DNA of 64,000 nt from an uncultured Actinomycetes bacterium (lineage in GTDB: Bacteria > Actinomycetota > UBA4738 > HRBIN12): positions 1,072,793 to 1,136,792 of the forward strand of contig CAVPIB010000004.1 of the NCBI GenBank assembly GCA_963704885.1, given 5' to 3'. How positions within the stretch are numbered: position 1 is the stretch's first letter; each line of letters starts with the position of its first letter. The translations under genes and the position numbers were made by a program. The notes below the pieces were generated by a model that saw nothing but the letters and a program-made list of their open reading frames with translations, ran no database searches and had not been told where the DNA came from. This document shows positions 1-10,479 of the stretch, one piece after another.

Positions 1-1140
1 AGCGTGACCTCCGTCGGCGCATAGCTATCGCCGGACGTGTCAACGCCCAGATCGGCCAAGGCCGCGAGCGCCTCGTTCACGATGTCGTTCGTCCACGCCC
101 CATCGGTCGGCTCCGCGGTAAGCACCGTGGCTCCCTCCAGGTTCGGAGTATCCATCGCGATCTGGACCGTGCGGTCCCACGCGGCCTCGTCGATCACGCC
201 GATCCCGTTCGAGGACGGCCAGATCAGCTGGTTGATCTCGTTCATCTGCCACAGCTGGTGGCTGTTGCCGAGCTTCGAGCCCTTCGCCACGACGATGTCG
301 CGGCACTCCTCGACGTTGTCCCGGCAGTAAGCCCATCCCTGCAGCGACGCGGTCACGAACCGTACCGCCATGTCGCGGTATGCGGCGTCGGACTCGAGCT
401 TGTCGGCGTTCGCCCAGATCGCATCCTGCAGCATGCCGACGCCCTCGCCCTCGTAAGACACGACGTTCAGCTCGTCCGGCGTGTACAGCTCACCCGTGTC
501 CGGGTTCACGGCCTCCAGCACCTGCGCGTACTCGTTGTAGATCATGGCCTCGGCGGCGTCGATGTCGCCCGACAGCAGCCCAAGCATGTCGAACTGCTGC
601 TGCACCAACGAGACGTCGTTAGCGGGGTCGAGGCTCTTCCTTGGCCAGGGCGGCGAAGATCTCGTACTCGTTGCCGAAACCCCAGTTGCCGATCGTCTTT
701 CCGGCGAAGTCGGCGGCCGACGTGATCCCGGCGTCCTTGAACGAGACCTGCAGCGTGCCGGAACGCTGGAACACCTGCGCGATGTTCACGATGTTCGCCC
801 CGGCCTCGCGGCTCGCGAGGGCCTTCGGGACCCACGCCATCGCGAAGTCCACGGCGCCATCGGCGAGCTGCTGCTGGGGCACGATGTCGACGCCGCCCTC
901 GACGATCGTCACGTCCAGGCACTGGTCGGCGTAGAAGCCCTTGTCCTGCGCCGCGAAGAACCCTGCGAACTGAGCCTGGATGAACCACTGCAGCTGGAGC
1001 TTGACCGAGTCGGTCGTCGTGCACTCCTCTTCGCCGCCGCCGCCGCCCCCGCCTCCTCCGTCGTCGTTGCTACATGCTGCGCCCACGAGCGCGAGCGCCA
1101 CCACCCCTGCGGCGATGAGACGGAATCGATGACCCCTCAT
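1..1140 (-). CDS. ABC transporter substrate-binding lipoprotein, NMT1/THI5 family (frameshift near 630; 3' end runs off window)
   Basis: Lipobox (GAAC), poly-Gly linker, LQLQWFIQAQFAGFFAAQDKGFY motif; after ~630 another frame continues DPANDVSLVQQQFDM...LQDAIWA...QLWQMNEINQLIWP with no stop before base 1. Confidence 0.85.
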
Positions 1141-1208
1141 GTGTTGCCTCCTCCCCCCGGGGCGACAGCCCCGCTCGAACTTCTCTCAAGACGATCGGCC
1201 ATCATGCC

Positions 1209-2021
1209 CTATCGAGACGTCGGCCGCCGACCCGGCGTGGCGACGCGCTCCAACCCCACCGCGATCAGGTAGAACGTGAGCCCCAGGAGGCAGGCCCCCA
1301 TCACGTAGGCCCAGGCCGATGCGTTCTTCGAGATCGCGATGCTCGCGACTATCCGGCTCCCCAGGCCGTTCTGGCTGCCGCCGAAGTACTCCGAGACGAA
1401 CGCCGTGATAACGGCGGCCGGCGCCGCGATCCTGAGCGCCGTGAACAGGTACGGCACCGCGTTCGGCACCCGGACCTTCCGCAGGATCGCGACCTCGCTG
1501 GCCGCGTAGGAGCGCATCAACTCGAGCTGCGTCGGACCGACCTCCCTTAGACCTCTGGCCACATTCACCAATACGATGAAATAGACGACGAGGCTCACCA
1601 TCAGCCGCCGAGGCACCTCGCTGGTGATCGAGAACATGTTATTGAACACCGACACCAGGACGAAGATCGGTACCGCGTTGAGTCCGATCGCGAGCGGCGT
1701 GACCAGGTCGTTCAACAGGCGGAACCGCACCAGCAGGAAGCTCATCGTGATGCCGAGCCCGGTTCCCACCAGCAACCCGATCAGGGCGTTCAGCCCGGAG
1801 ACCTTCGTCGCGTTCCATATCAGGGTCGTGTTCTCGTTGAACTGCTGCCAGATCGAAGTCGGTGCCGGCAGGAAGTAGGGCTTGAAGTCGAACACCTTCA
1901 CGGCGAGCTCCCAGAGCACGAGGAACCCGAGACCGAACACGACCGGCGGCCACAGGGACTGGAACAGCGACCCGGTCGAGCGGGTCCGCCGGGCCTGGCT
2001 GGACGCCAGCGCGGAGCTCAC
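1209..2021 (-). CDS. ABC transporter permease (NitT/TauT family)
   Basis: Several TM segments, ELMRSYAAS...KVRVPNAVPYLFTALR loop; overlaps stop of ATPase gene. Confidence 0.9.
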   Translation of the reverse strand: MSSALASSQARRTRSTGSLFQSLWPPVVFGLGFLVLWELAVKVFDFKPYFLPAPTSIWQQFNENTTLIWNATKVSGLNALIGLLVGTGLGITMSFLLVRFRLLNDLVTPLAIGLNAVPIFVLVSVFNNMFSITSEVPRRLMVSLVVYFIVLVNVARGLREVGPTQLELMRSYAASEVAILRKVRVPNAVPYLFTALRIAAPAAVITAFVSEYFGGSQNGLGSRIVASIAISKNASAWAYVMGACLLGLTFYLIAVGLERVATPGRRPTSR

Positions 2022-2857
2022 GGTTCCAGCACCGCCTCGTCCAGGTCGGTCACCTGCATCCCGCGGAGTGCCTCGCGCACCTCCGTGACCTTCCGGAAGA
2101 AGGCAGCGTCCTCGCGCGTGTCGACGTCGCGCCGAGCACCCAGGTCAACGTCGATCATGGTCTTGATCCGGCCCGGCCGCGGAGACATCACGACCACTCG
2201 GGTCGACAGGTAGACAGCCTCTGGGATCGAGTGGGTCACGAACACGACCGTGGTCTCGGTCTCGCCGCAGATCCGAAGGAGCTCGGTCTGCATGTGCTCG
2301 CGGGTCATCTCGTCCAGGGCGCCGAACGGCTCGTCCATCAGCAGCAGCGGCGGGTGCGCGGCCAGCGCGCGGGCGATCGCCACGCGCTGTTGCATGCCAC
2401 CCGAGAGCTGCCACGGAAGATGATCCGCGAACTCCGGTAGCTTCACGAGCTCCAACATCTCCATCGCGCGCTTGCGCCGTTCCTCCTTGCCACGGCCCTT
2501 CAGCTCCAGCGGCAGCTCCACGTTCTTCGCAACCGTGCGCCATTCGAACAGGCCGGCATGCTGGAACGCCATGCCGTAGTCCTGGTCCAACCGCGCCTGC
2601 CGCGCAGGCTTTCCGTTCACCAGGACCTCGCCGGAGGTGGGCTCCAGCAGGTTCGCGATCAACCGGAGCTGTGTGGACTTCCCGCATCCCGACGGCCCGA
2701 TCAGCGAGACGAACTCCCCAGGCGAGATCGTCAGGTCTATGTCCACCAGCGCGTCGACCGCATTGGGCAGCCCGGCGTTGAACGTCTTCGTCAGGTCCCT
2801 GACCTCGACGGCAGCCGCGGCCGGCGCATCGGAGATCACGCTCTTGGGATCGCTCAT
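2018..2857 (-). CDS. ABC transporter ATP-binding protein (NitT/TauT family)
   Basis: GPSGCGKS, LSGGMQQR, LLMDEPF; true start MSDPKS at 2857 overlaps upstream TGA (ATGA). Confidence 0.92.
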   Translation of the reverse strand: MSDPKSVISDAPAAAAVEVRDLTKTFNAGLPNAVDALVDIDLTISPGEFVSLIGPSGCGKSTQLRLIANLLEPTSGEVLVNGKPARQARLDQDYGMAFQHAGLFEWRTVAKNVELPLELKGRGKEERRKRAMEMLELVKLPEFADHLPWQLSGGMQQRVAIARALAAHPPLLLMDEPFGALDEMTREHMQTELLRICGETETTVVFVTHSIPEAVYLSTRVVVMSPRPGRIKTMIDVDLGARRDVDTREDAAFFRKVTEVREALRGMQVTDLDEAVLEP

Positions 2858-3759
2858 CCCGCGGCCTCCTTCGGCGGACGGTTCCGCATCGTGGCCAGGT
2901 CGATGACGGCGACCAGCCCTGCCATCACAAGCCCGATCGCCGCGGCCCCGAACACCGCCGTGAAGACCTTCGCGGGATCGCTCGTCGCCTCTCGCGCGTA
3001 CTCGATGATCAGCCTCCCCACTCCCCCGGCCAGCCCGGTCGAGATCTCGGCCACGACCACCCCGATCACCGAGGCCGTTGCCGCCAGCTTCAGAGCCGGG
3101 ATCATGAACGGAACCGCCGCTGGGAACCGCAGCTTGAAGAGCGTCTGGCGCCAAGACGCCGCGTAGGAGTCCATCAGCTCCAGCGATGTCGGCTGCGGCG
3201 CCGAGGTCAGGCCCTTCAACGTCCCGACGGCGACCGGGAAGAACGCCAGGAACGCGCCCAGCACGGCCGCCGAGAGCCATCGCGGCCACTCGAACCCACC
3301 GATGTGGAGCTTGCCTCCCCAGCTCACGACGAGCGGCGCCAGCGCGATCAGCGGCACCGTCTGGCTGATCACCAGGTACGGCAGCAGGCCGCGCTCCACG
3401 ACCTTGTACCGCGCCATCAGCACGGCCAGGCCGATGCCGATCAACGTCCCGAAGACGAAGCCCGTCATCGCCAAACGGAACGAGAACCACGCGCCCGACA
3501 GGACCACCAGGAAGATCGAGCTGGACGCGCCTCGCCGCTCGGGCCGGGCATAACGCGAGAGCATCTCCCACACGTGCGGCATCGCGGTGTCGTTCGCCCG
3601 CGGCAGGATCTTCATGCCGAAGACCTGCCCGCCGTCCTGCGGACCCACCAGCTTGTAGAGCTCCCACAGGACCGCGACAGATACGAGCGCCAGCATGAAC
3701 ATCCAGGCGCGCCGTATCCGCGGTCGCGACAGCGCTCCCCCCAACCCCGCGGTCGTCAC
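2854..3759 (-). CDS. ABC transporter permease
   Basis: TM segments, SQTVPLIALAP, ELMDSYAASWRQTLFKLRFP. Confidence 0.9.
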   Translation of the reverse strand: MTTAGLGGALSRPRIRRAWMFMLALVSVAVLWELYKLVGPQDGGQVFGMKILPRANDTAMPHVWEMLSRYARPERRGASSSIFLVVLSGAWFSFRLAMTGFVFGTLIGIGLAVLMARYKVVERGLLPYLVISQTVPLIALAPLVVSWGGKLHIGGFEWPRWLSAAVLGAFLAFFPVAVGTLKGLTSAPQPTSLELMDSYAASWRQTLFKLRFPAAVPFMIPALKLAATASVIGVVVAEISTGLAGGVGRLIIEYAREATSDPAKVFTAVFGAAAIGLVMAGLVAVIDLATMRNRPPKEAAG

Positions 3760-4778
3760 GACTTCGCGAGCGCGCTTTCTGCGATGGCGGGGAGCACCTT
3801 CTCGCCGTAGGCCTGCAGGGTCCCGTCTTTGTCGTCGTGTTGCAGGTAGACGGCGAACTGGTCCACGCCCAAGCTCCTGAGCTCCTCAAGCCGGCGCACG
3901 TGCTCCTCGACCGGTCCGAGGATGCAGAATCGGTCGACGATCTCGTCGGGCACGAACTGCGTGTGGACGTTGCCCGCCTGGCCGTGTTGGTTGTAGTCGT
4001 ATCCCTCGCGACCCTTGATGTAGTCGGTCAGCGCGGCCGGAACCTCCGACGACTCGCCGTAGCGCGCGACGATGTCGGCGACGTGATTGCCCACCATGCC
4101 GCCGAACCACCGCGTCTGGTCGCGCGCGTGGCCGAGGTCGTCGGTCACGTAGGCGGGCGCCGCGACGCAGATCGTGATCTCCGACGGATCCCGCCCGGCT
4201 TCCTCGGCCGCCTTCCGCACCGCTCCGATCGTCCACGCCGCGATGTCGGGATCGGCCAGCTGCAGGATGAACCCGTCGCCTACCTCACCGATCAGCTTCA
4301 ACGCCTTCGGGCCGTAGCCCGCGATCCACGCCTCCATCCGGCTCTTCCCCGCCCACGGGAACCGGAGCATCGAGTCCCGGTACTTCACCTCGCGGCCGTT
4401 CGCCAACTCGCGGATGACGTGGACGGCGTCGCCCAACCCGGCGAGCGTCGAGGGTTTTCCGTCGATCACCCGTACCGCCGAGTCGCCGCGTCCGATCCCC
4501 ATCACGGTCCTGTTGCCGAACATCTCGTTCATGGTGGCGAAGAGGCTGGCGGTGACGGTCCAGTCTCGCGTGAGCGGATTCGTGACCATGGTGCCAACGG
4601 TGACGTTGCGTGTCTCGGCGAGGATCTGCGTGAAGATCGGGAAAGGCTCCTGCCAAAGCAGGTGACTGTCGAACGCCCAGACGTTACTGAAGCCGTACGT
4701 CTCCGCCCTCTTCGCCAGGTCCACCACCCGCGCGCTCGGCGGGGTGGTCTGCAGGACGACTCCGATGTCCATCGTCAT
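3756..4778 (-). CDS. LLM-class (probably F420-dependent) oxidoreductase, TIGR03842-like, pyrimidine-catabolism associated
   Basis: MDIGVVLQTTPP...FDSHLLWQEP...GIGRGDSAVR...RWFGGMVGNHVAD; start at 4778 overlaps nitrilase stop (TGATG). Confidence 0.85.
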   Translation of the reverse strand: MTMDIGVVLQTTPPSARVVDLAKRAETYGFSNVWAFDSHLLWQEPFPIFTQILAETRNVTVGTMVTNPLTRDWTVTASLFATMNEMFGNRTVMGIGRGDSAVRVIDGKPSTLAGLGDAVHVIRELANGREVKYRDSMLRFPWAGKSRMEAWIAGYGPKALKLIGEVGDGFILQLADPDIAAWTIGAVRKAAEEAGRDPSEITICVAAPAYVTDDLGHARDQTRWFGGMVGNHVADIVARYGESSEVPAALTDYIKGREGYDYNQHGQAGNVHTQFVPDEIVDRFCILGPVEEHVRRLEELRSLGVDQFAVYLQHDDKDGTLQAYGEKVLPAIAESALAKS

Positions 4779-5617
4779 CACCTGGCCACGATGTCGTCGT
4801 ACGCGTCGGGCCGACGGTCGCGGTAGAACGCCCAGCGGTCGCGAACGGCGCGGATCTTGTCCAGGTCCAGGTCTCGCACGATCAGCTCGGGCTTGTACGC
4901 GTCTGCGGGCTCGCCCACGAACTGCCCCTCCGGATCGACGAAGTAGCTCTGCCCGTAGAAATCGTTCTCGCCCAGCGGTTCGATCCCGACGCGGTTGATC
5001 GCACCCACGTAGTACATGTTCGCGACCGCGGCGGCCGGCTGCTCCAGGCGCCAGATGTACTCGGAGAGCCCGCGATGCGTTGCCGACGGGTTGAATACGA
5101 TCTCGGCGCCGTGCAGGCCGAGCATGCGCCACCCCTCGGGGAAGTGGCGGTCGTAGCAGATGTAGACACCGACCTTGCCGACGGCCGTCTCGAAGACCGG
5201 GAACCCTTCGGTCCCGGGCGTGAAGTAGAACTTCTCCCAGAAGCCCTTCACCTGGGGGATGTGATGCTTGCGGTACTTGCCCAGGTAGGTGCCGTCGGCG
5301 TCGATCACCGCGGCGGTGTTGAAGTACTGGCCCGCCTGCACGATCTCGTACATCGGCAGCACGAGCACCATCCCCAGTTCCTTAGCGACGCTCTGGAACC
5401 GCTTGGTGGTCGGCCCGTCGGGGATCGGCTCCGTGTAGCTGTAGTACTCCGCGTCCTGAACCTGGCAGAAGTACGGCCCGTAGAAGAGCTCCTGGAAGCA
5501 CATCACCTGAGCGCCCTGGGCGGCGGCGTCTCGGGCGGCTTCCTCGTGCTTGTCGATCATGGACGCCTGGTCGCCCGACCAGTCGGTCTGCAGCAATGCG
5601 GCCTTCACGGTGGTCAT
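4778..5617 (-). CDS. Nitrilase-family carbon-nitrogen hydrolase (beta-ureidopropionase-like)
   Basis: Catalytic triad motifs CFQELF, YRKHHIP, YICYDRHFPE; FWEKFYF; GGAG upstream of ATG 5617. Confidence 0.9.
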   Translation of the reverse strand: MTTVKAALLQTDWSGDQASMIDKHEEAARDAAAQGAQVMCFQELFYGPYFCQVQDAEYYSYTEPIPDGPTTKRFQSVAKELGMVLVLPMYEIVQAGQYFNTAAVIDADGTYLGKYRKHHIPQVKGFWEKFYFTPGTEGFPVFETAVGKVGVYICYDRHFPEGWRMLGLHGAEIVFNPSATHRGLSEYIWRLEQPAAAVANMYYVGAINRVGIEPLGENDFYGQSYFVDPEGQFVGEPADAYKPELIVRDLDLDKIRAVRDRWAFYRDRRPDAYDDIVAR

Positions 5618-5736
5618 CGCGCAACTCCCTCTTCCGGCTCTGGGTGCCATGGTAGTCAGCCGGTCCGAACGGCGCGACCCTAACGCCCCGCGACAGGCGG
5701 TGGCGCTCGGCATCCCATCGGCCGTAGGCTCGACGG

Positions 5737-8700
5737 ATGCTGACCTGCGGCAACTGTGGCCGGGAGAGCCCGCAGGATCATGCGTTCTGTCCGGCGTGCG
5801 GTGCGTCGCTCGTTCCTCAGACACCGGTCCGCGAGGTCCGCAAGACGGTCACCGTCGTGTTCTGCGACGTCACGGGCTCCACCGCCCTCGGCGAGCGCCT
5901 GGATCCCGAATCGCTCCGTGACGTGCAGTCACGCTATTTCGACGCGATGCGCGAGGCGATCGAGCGCCATGGGGGAACCGTCGAGAAGTACATCGGCGAC
6001 GCGGTCATGGCCGTGTTCGGGATCCCCCAGCTCCATGAGGACGACGCGCTTCGGGCCGCGCGGGCGGTCGTCGACATGCGTGAAGGGCTCGCCGCGTTGA
6101 ACAAGGAGCTCGAGCGCGATCGGGGCGTCACGATCGCGGTGCGCATAGGCGTGAATACCGGCGAGGTCGTGGCAGGCGATCCGACCGCCGGGCAGGCGCT
6201 CGTGACAGGCGACGCCGTCAACGTAGCCGCCCGTCTGGAGCAGCACGCGGCTCCCGGCGAGATCCTCCTGGGAGAGGACACCCACCGGCTCGTGCGCGAC
6301 GCGGTGGACGTGGAACCGGTCGAGCCGCTCGAGCTGAAGGGCAAGGCCGAACGTGTCCCGGCTTGGCGACTCCTCGGCGTGCGGGACGTGACCTCTGCCG
6401 TGCCGAGACACATGGGCTCGCCGATGGTCGGGCGCGAGCGGCAGCTCGCCCAGCTCCGTCAGGCGTTCGAGGCCGCGGTCGAAGATGCGGGGTGTCAGCT
6501 CTTCACGCTCCTCGGTTCAGCCGGAGTGGGCAAGTCCCGTCTGGTCGAGGAGTTCATCTCCGGACTCGGAACCGGAGCGACCGTCCTGGTTGGCCGATGC
6601 CTGCCCTACGGCGAGGGGATCACCTACTACCCGGTCGTAGAGGCGATCAAGCAGGCCACCGGGCTGGCCGACTTCGACCTGCCGGAGGTCGTCGAAGCGA
6701 AGGTCTGCTCGATCCTGGAGGGCGACGAGCACCAGGAGCGGGTCTGCCGTCATGTCGCCCAGCTGATGGGCGTGGCCGAGTCTGCCGCCGGCGAGGAGAC
6801 GTTCTGGGCGATCCGCAGGTTCTTCGAGGCATCCGCGCGTGAAGGTCCGCTCGTGCTCGTGTTCGACGACATCCATTGGGGCGAGCCCACGTTCCTGGAT
6901 CTCGTCGAGCACATCGCGGACTGGTCGCGGGGCTCACCCATCCTCTTGCTGTGCATGGCGCGTTCCGATCTACTCGACATCCGGCCGGCGTGGGGAGGCG
7001 GGAAGCTGAATGCCGCCAGCGTGTCGCTCGAGCCCCTCAACGAGGAACAGGCGGGGGCGCTCGTGGCCAACCTCCTCGGCGCGGCCGAACTGCCGACAGA
7101 GCTCGCTGAGGGGATCGTCGAGAAGGCCGAAGGGAATCCGCTGTTCGTGGAGGAGACCCTCGCGATGCTGATCGACGACGGCGTCCTCATCCGCCAGGAC
7201 GAAGGGTGGCTCGTGATCGGTGATCTGTCCGCCGTCACGGTTCCACCTTCGATCCACGCGCTGCTCGCTGCTCGCCTGGATCGCCTCACCCCTGAGGAGC
7301 GCACGGTGCTCGAGGCGGCGGCGGTCATCGGGAAGGACTTCTTCGTCGGCGCCGTCCGAGACCTGGTGCCCGAGGACGCCCGCCAGCGCGTGCCATCGGA
7401 TCTGATGGCGCTCGTACGCAAGGAACTGATCCAGCCAGAGCGCACCACCCTTCCGGGCGAAGACGCGTTCCGGTTCCGCCACCTGCTGATCCGCGATTCG
7501 GCGTACGACGCGATCGCGAAGACCCGCCGCGCCGAGCTGCATGAGCGGGTGGCGGAATGGCTGGAGCGGGTGGCAGGGGACGGGGTCTTCGAGCAGGAGG
7601 AGATCGTCGGTTATCACCTGGAGCAGGCCCATGCCTACCGCACCCAGCTCGGTCCCCCAGACGATCGTTCGGACGCGATCGGACGGCGGGCGGCTGCCCG
7701 CCTTGCGACGGCGGGACGTCGGGCGACTGGTCGAGGCGACTTCCCGGCTTCGGCGAACCTCCTCCGCCGGGCCTTGAGGGTCGGTCCGAGCGACGATGCC
7801 GAGCAGGCCGCGAACCTCTACCACCTCGGCGTCGCCCTGGACGAGGTCGGCGATATCCAAGCGACGTTAGAGGCGTTCGACGAGGCCGTACGGCTCGCCG
7901 CCGCCTCCGGCGACCGTTCGCTGGAGTGGCTCGCCCGCATCTGGCGCTCTGAGGTGCTGACGAACGCCGATCCGCGCAATACGTCTACGCAGGAGTGCCG
8001 CGAGCAGCTCGAAGAGGCCATCCGCCGGTTCGAGGAGCTCAGCGACGAAGCCGGACTGGCGACGGCGTGGGCGAAGCTCGCATTCCTCGAGTTCATCCCA
8101 TGCCGGTACGATCACGCTCAGCGAGCGGCGCGCCGAGCCGTGGACCACGCACGTCGGAGCGGCGACGATCGGCTCCTCACCGACGCCATCCGATACCTGC
8201 TCTTATCGCAGTGTTTCGGGCCCGCCACGCCGGAGGAAGGACGCCGGACGCTGGACGAATTGACCGAAGACATCTCCCGCACCCGATCGCTCGAGGCGAC
8301 TGCCCTCGCCGTCCGCGGGTCGTTCCGGGCCATGGAAGGGTCGTTCGACGAAGCACGCCGACTGACGGGACTCAGCATCGAGATCGCGGAGGCCCTCGGG
8401 TCCCGGGTGATGGTCGCGGTGTACGAGTCATTCGTGGGTTCCGTAGAGCGAGAGGCCGGCGATGCGATCGCAGAGGAGCGCTCCTTCCGGCGGAACTACG
8501 AGATCTTGGACCAGATGGGTCAGGAGGGCTTCAAGTCGACGGCCGCGGCCGAACTGGCTCAGACCCTTTGCGCGCTCGGCCGGTTCGATGAAGCCGAGAC
8601 GTTCGCCACGATCGCCCGAGACGTCGCAGCCGAGGACGACCTTTCGTCCCAGGTGTTCGGACGGTCGGCGCAGGCGCTGGTGCTCGCCGAACGCGGCGAG

Positions 8701-8937
8701 TTCGACGAAGCCGAGCGACTCGCCCATGAGGCTGTCCAGATGCTCGAGGACGCCGAGAATCCGAACGGCCAGGGCGGCGTGAACATGGATCTGGCGCAAG
8801 TCCTACGGACGGCCGGGAAGACCGCGGCAGCCGCCGACGCTGCCCGCGAAGCGCTCGCTTTCTTCGAGCGCAAGGGGAACCGGCCGTCGGCCGCCTCCAC
8901 CCGAGCATTCCTCCAGGAGCTCGGCGCCACCAGCTGA
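5737..8937 (+). CDS. Zinc-ribbon / class III adenylate-guanylate cyclase / STAND ATPase / helical-repeat protein
   Basis: CGNC..CPAC; FCDVTG, EKYIGDAVMAVFG, GDAVNVAARL; Walker A GSAGVGKS, Walker B LVLVFDD; helical C-terminus. Confidence 0.92.
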   Translation: MLTCGNCGRESPQDHAFCPACGASLVPQTPVREVRKTVTVVFCDVTGSTALGERLDPESLRDVQSRYFDAMREAIERHGGTVEKYIGDAVMAVFGIPQLHEDDALRAARAVVDMREGLAALNKELERDRGVTIAVRIGVNTGEVVAGDPTAGQALVTGDAVNVAARLEQHAAPGEILLGEDTHRLVRDAVDVEPVEPLELKGKAERVPAWRLLGVRDVTSAVPRHMGSPMVGRERQLAQLRQAFEAAVEDAGCQLFTLLGSAGVGKSRLVEEFISGLGTGATVLVGRCLPYGEGITYYPVVEAIKQATGLADFDLPEVVEAKVCSILEGDEHQERVCRHVAQLMGVAESAAGEETFWAIRRFFEASAREGPLVLVFDDIHWGEPTFLDLVEHIADWSRGSPILLLCMARSDLLDIRPAWGGGKLNAASVSLEPLNEEQAGALVANLLGAAELPTELAEGIVEKAEGNPLFVEETLAMLIDDGVLIRQDEGWLVIGDLSAVTVPPSIHALLAARLDRLTPEERTVLEAAAVIGKDFFVGAVRDLVPEDARQRVPSDLMALVRKELIQPERTTLPGEDAFRFRHLLIRDSAYDAIAKTRRAELHERVAEWLERVAGDGVFEQEEIVGYHLEQAHAYRTQLGPPDDRSDAIGRRAAARLATAGRRATGRGDFPASANLLRRALRVGPSDDAEQAANLYHLGVALDEVGDIQATLEAFDEAVRLAAASGDRSLEWLARIWRSEVLTNADPRNTSTQECREQLEEAIRRFEELSDEAGLATAWAKLAFLEFIPCRYDHAQRAARRAVDHARRSGDDRLLTDAIRYLLLSQCFGPATPEEGRRTLDELTEDISRTRSLEATALAVRGSFRAMEGSFDEARRLTGLSIEIAEALGSRVMVAVYESFVGSVEREAGDAIAEERSFRRNYEILDQMGQEGFKSTAAAELAQTLCALGRFDEAETFATIARDVAAEDDLSSQVFGRSAQALVLAERGEFDEAERLAHEAVQMLEDAENPNGQGGVNMDLAQVLRTAGKTAAAADAAREALAFFERKGNRPSAASTRAFLQELGATS

Positions 8938-8981
8938 GGCGCTGAGGCGCTGAGACCGACGAAGACCCTGGGTGCCCTCGC

Positions 8982-10292
8982 TCAGCGACGACGTTGAGGT
9001 TGGCGCGTCGCCTGCGGCTGACGGTTGCCGCGACCATTGGATCGGGGTCTGGGGCGTGGAGTCGCCCCTCGATCGGGGCCATCCGCGTTTCCCATCCCGG
9101 CGTCGCGCCATTCGGCGTGCAGGTCGAGCTCGTTCGCGATCCTGCGAACGTCAGCCCGTTGGTCGGGCATCACGAACGTGATGCCCTCTCCCCCGCGTCC
9201 GGCTCGCGCCGTGCGACCAACCCGGTGAACGTACGCCTTCCCGTCCTCGGGCGGATCGAAGTTCACCACGTGCGTGATGTGCTCCAGATCCAGGCCGCGA
9301 GCGGCGACATCTGTGGCGACCAACACGTCGTTGCGACCCCTGGCGAACTGCGCGAGAGCGCGGTCGCGCTGCGGTTGTGACATGTTTCCGTGCAACGCAC
9401 CCGCGCTGAACCCCTGCTGCGTCAACCGCTGCTTCAAGCGGTCGGCGCCGCGCTTGGTCCGCACGAACACCAGTGTCAGTCCGCGGTCTGCGGCGAGCTC
9501 GCGCACCAGCGTGGAGACCTTGTGCTGGTGCTCCACCGCGATGAAGCGGTGGTCAGCCTCCGTCACCACCGGGCGTGGATCGTCGATCTCGTGCAGGACG
9601 GGCTCGATCGTGAACTCCTTGGCGAGGCGTCCCACCTCGCCATCGAGCGTCGCGGAGAAGAGCATGGTCTGACGACCGGTAGGCAGCTGCTCCAAGATCC
9701 TTCGGACGTCGGGCAGGAACCCCATGTCCAGCATGCGGTCGGCCTCGTCCAGCACGCAGATGCGCGCCTTGTCCAGGCGGAGCATCTTGCGGCCCAACAG
9801 GTCGAGCAAGCGGCCCGGTGTCGCGATCACGACATCGGCGCGGCGCGCGCGCTTCGCCTGGTCGTGCATCCCGACGCCGCCGTAGACGGTCGCGATCTGC
9901 ATCCGGCGCACGTCGGCGATCGCACGGAACTCCTCGGCCACCTGACTGGCCAGCTCGCGCGTAGGGACCAGGATCAGGGCCTTCGGGCTGCGGCCGTCGG
10001 GCTGGATCCGTTCCACGATCGGCACGGCGAACGCGAGCGTCTTGCCCGAGCCCGTCCTCGAGCGCGCCAGCACGTCGCGCCCGGCGAGCGCGTCGGGCAG
10101 CACGAGCGCCTGGATCGCGAACGGCGCGGTGAAGCCGCGCATCGCGAGCGCCTGGGCGACCGGCCGAGAGACGCCGAGCTGGTCGAACGACGCGAGGGAC
10201 GGGTCGGCGGCCTGCTGAACCGCGGGCGCGGTAGGTCTGGGTGCGTCGCGTCGGGGCGTGTTGCGACGGTGTTCGGTACGGGTGGTGGTCAA
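8982..10292 (-). CDS. DEAD-box RNA helicase (RhlE-like)
   Basis: Q motif, TGSGKT, PTRELA, TPGRL, DEAD, SAT, ARGLD, HRVGRTAR. Confidence 0.95.
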   Translation of the reverse strand: MTTTRTEHRRNTPRRDAPRPTAPAVQQAADPSLASFDQLGVSRPVAQALAMRGFTAPFAIQALVLPDALAGRDVLARSRTGSGKTLAFAVPIVERIQPDGRSPKALILVPTRELASQVAEEFRAIADVRRMQIATVYGGVGMHDQAKRARRADVVIATPGRLLDLLGRKMLRLDKARICVLDEADRMLDMGFLPDVRRILEQLPTGRQTMLFSATLDGEVGRLAKEFTIEPVLHEIDDPRPVVTEADHRFIAVEHQHKVSTLVRELAADRGLTLVFVRTKRGADRLKQRLTQQGFSAGALHGNMSQPQRDRALAQFARGRNDVLVATDVAARGLDLEHITHVVNFDPPEDGKAYVHRVGRTARAGRGGEGITFVMPDQRADVRRIANELDLHAEWRDAGMGNADGPDRGATPRPRPRSNGRGNRQPQATRQPQRRR

Positions 10293-10479
10293 TGTGGGCC
10301 TTCCTGCATGGCGCGACAGCGGTTACGAGGAGCGTGGCGCGCGCAAGGGCTCGGATGAGCCACCAGGATCCTTCGGGCGAGCGCCCGAGGTATCCAGAGT
10401 ACTACGTGGATGCCCACCGCGAGCTGAAGAAGCCGGGCGAAGGTGTTGGCTCACACCGGGAGGCTCCTATACTCCCGGC

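Noticed and set aside
8934-8954. Short GCTGAGGC tandem repeat; also the poly-Gly codon run near 1033-1060
   Set aside because: Too short for a CRISPR array or meaningful VNTR; the Gly run is a lipoprotein linker.
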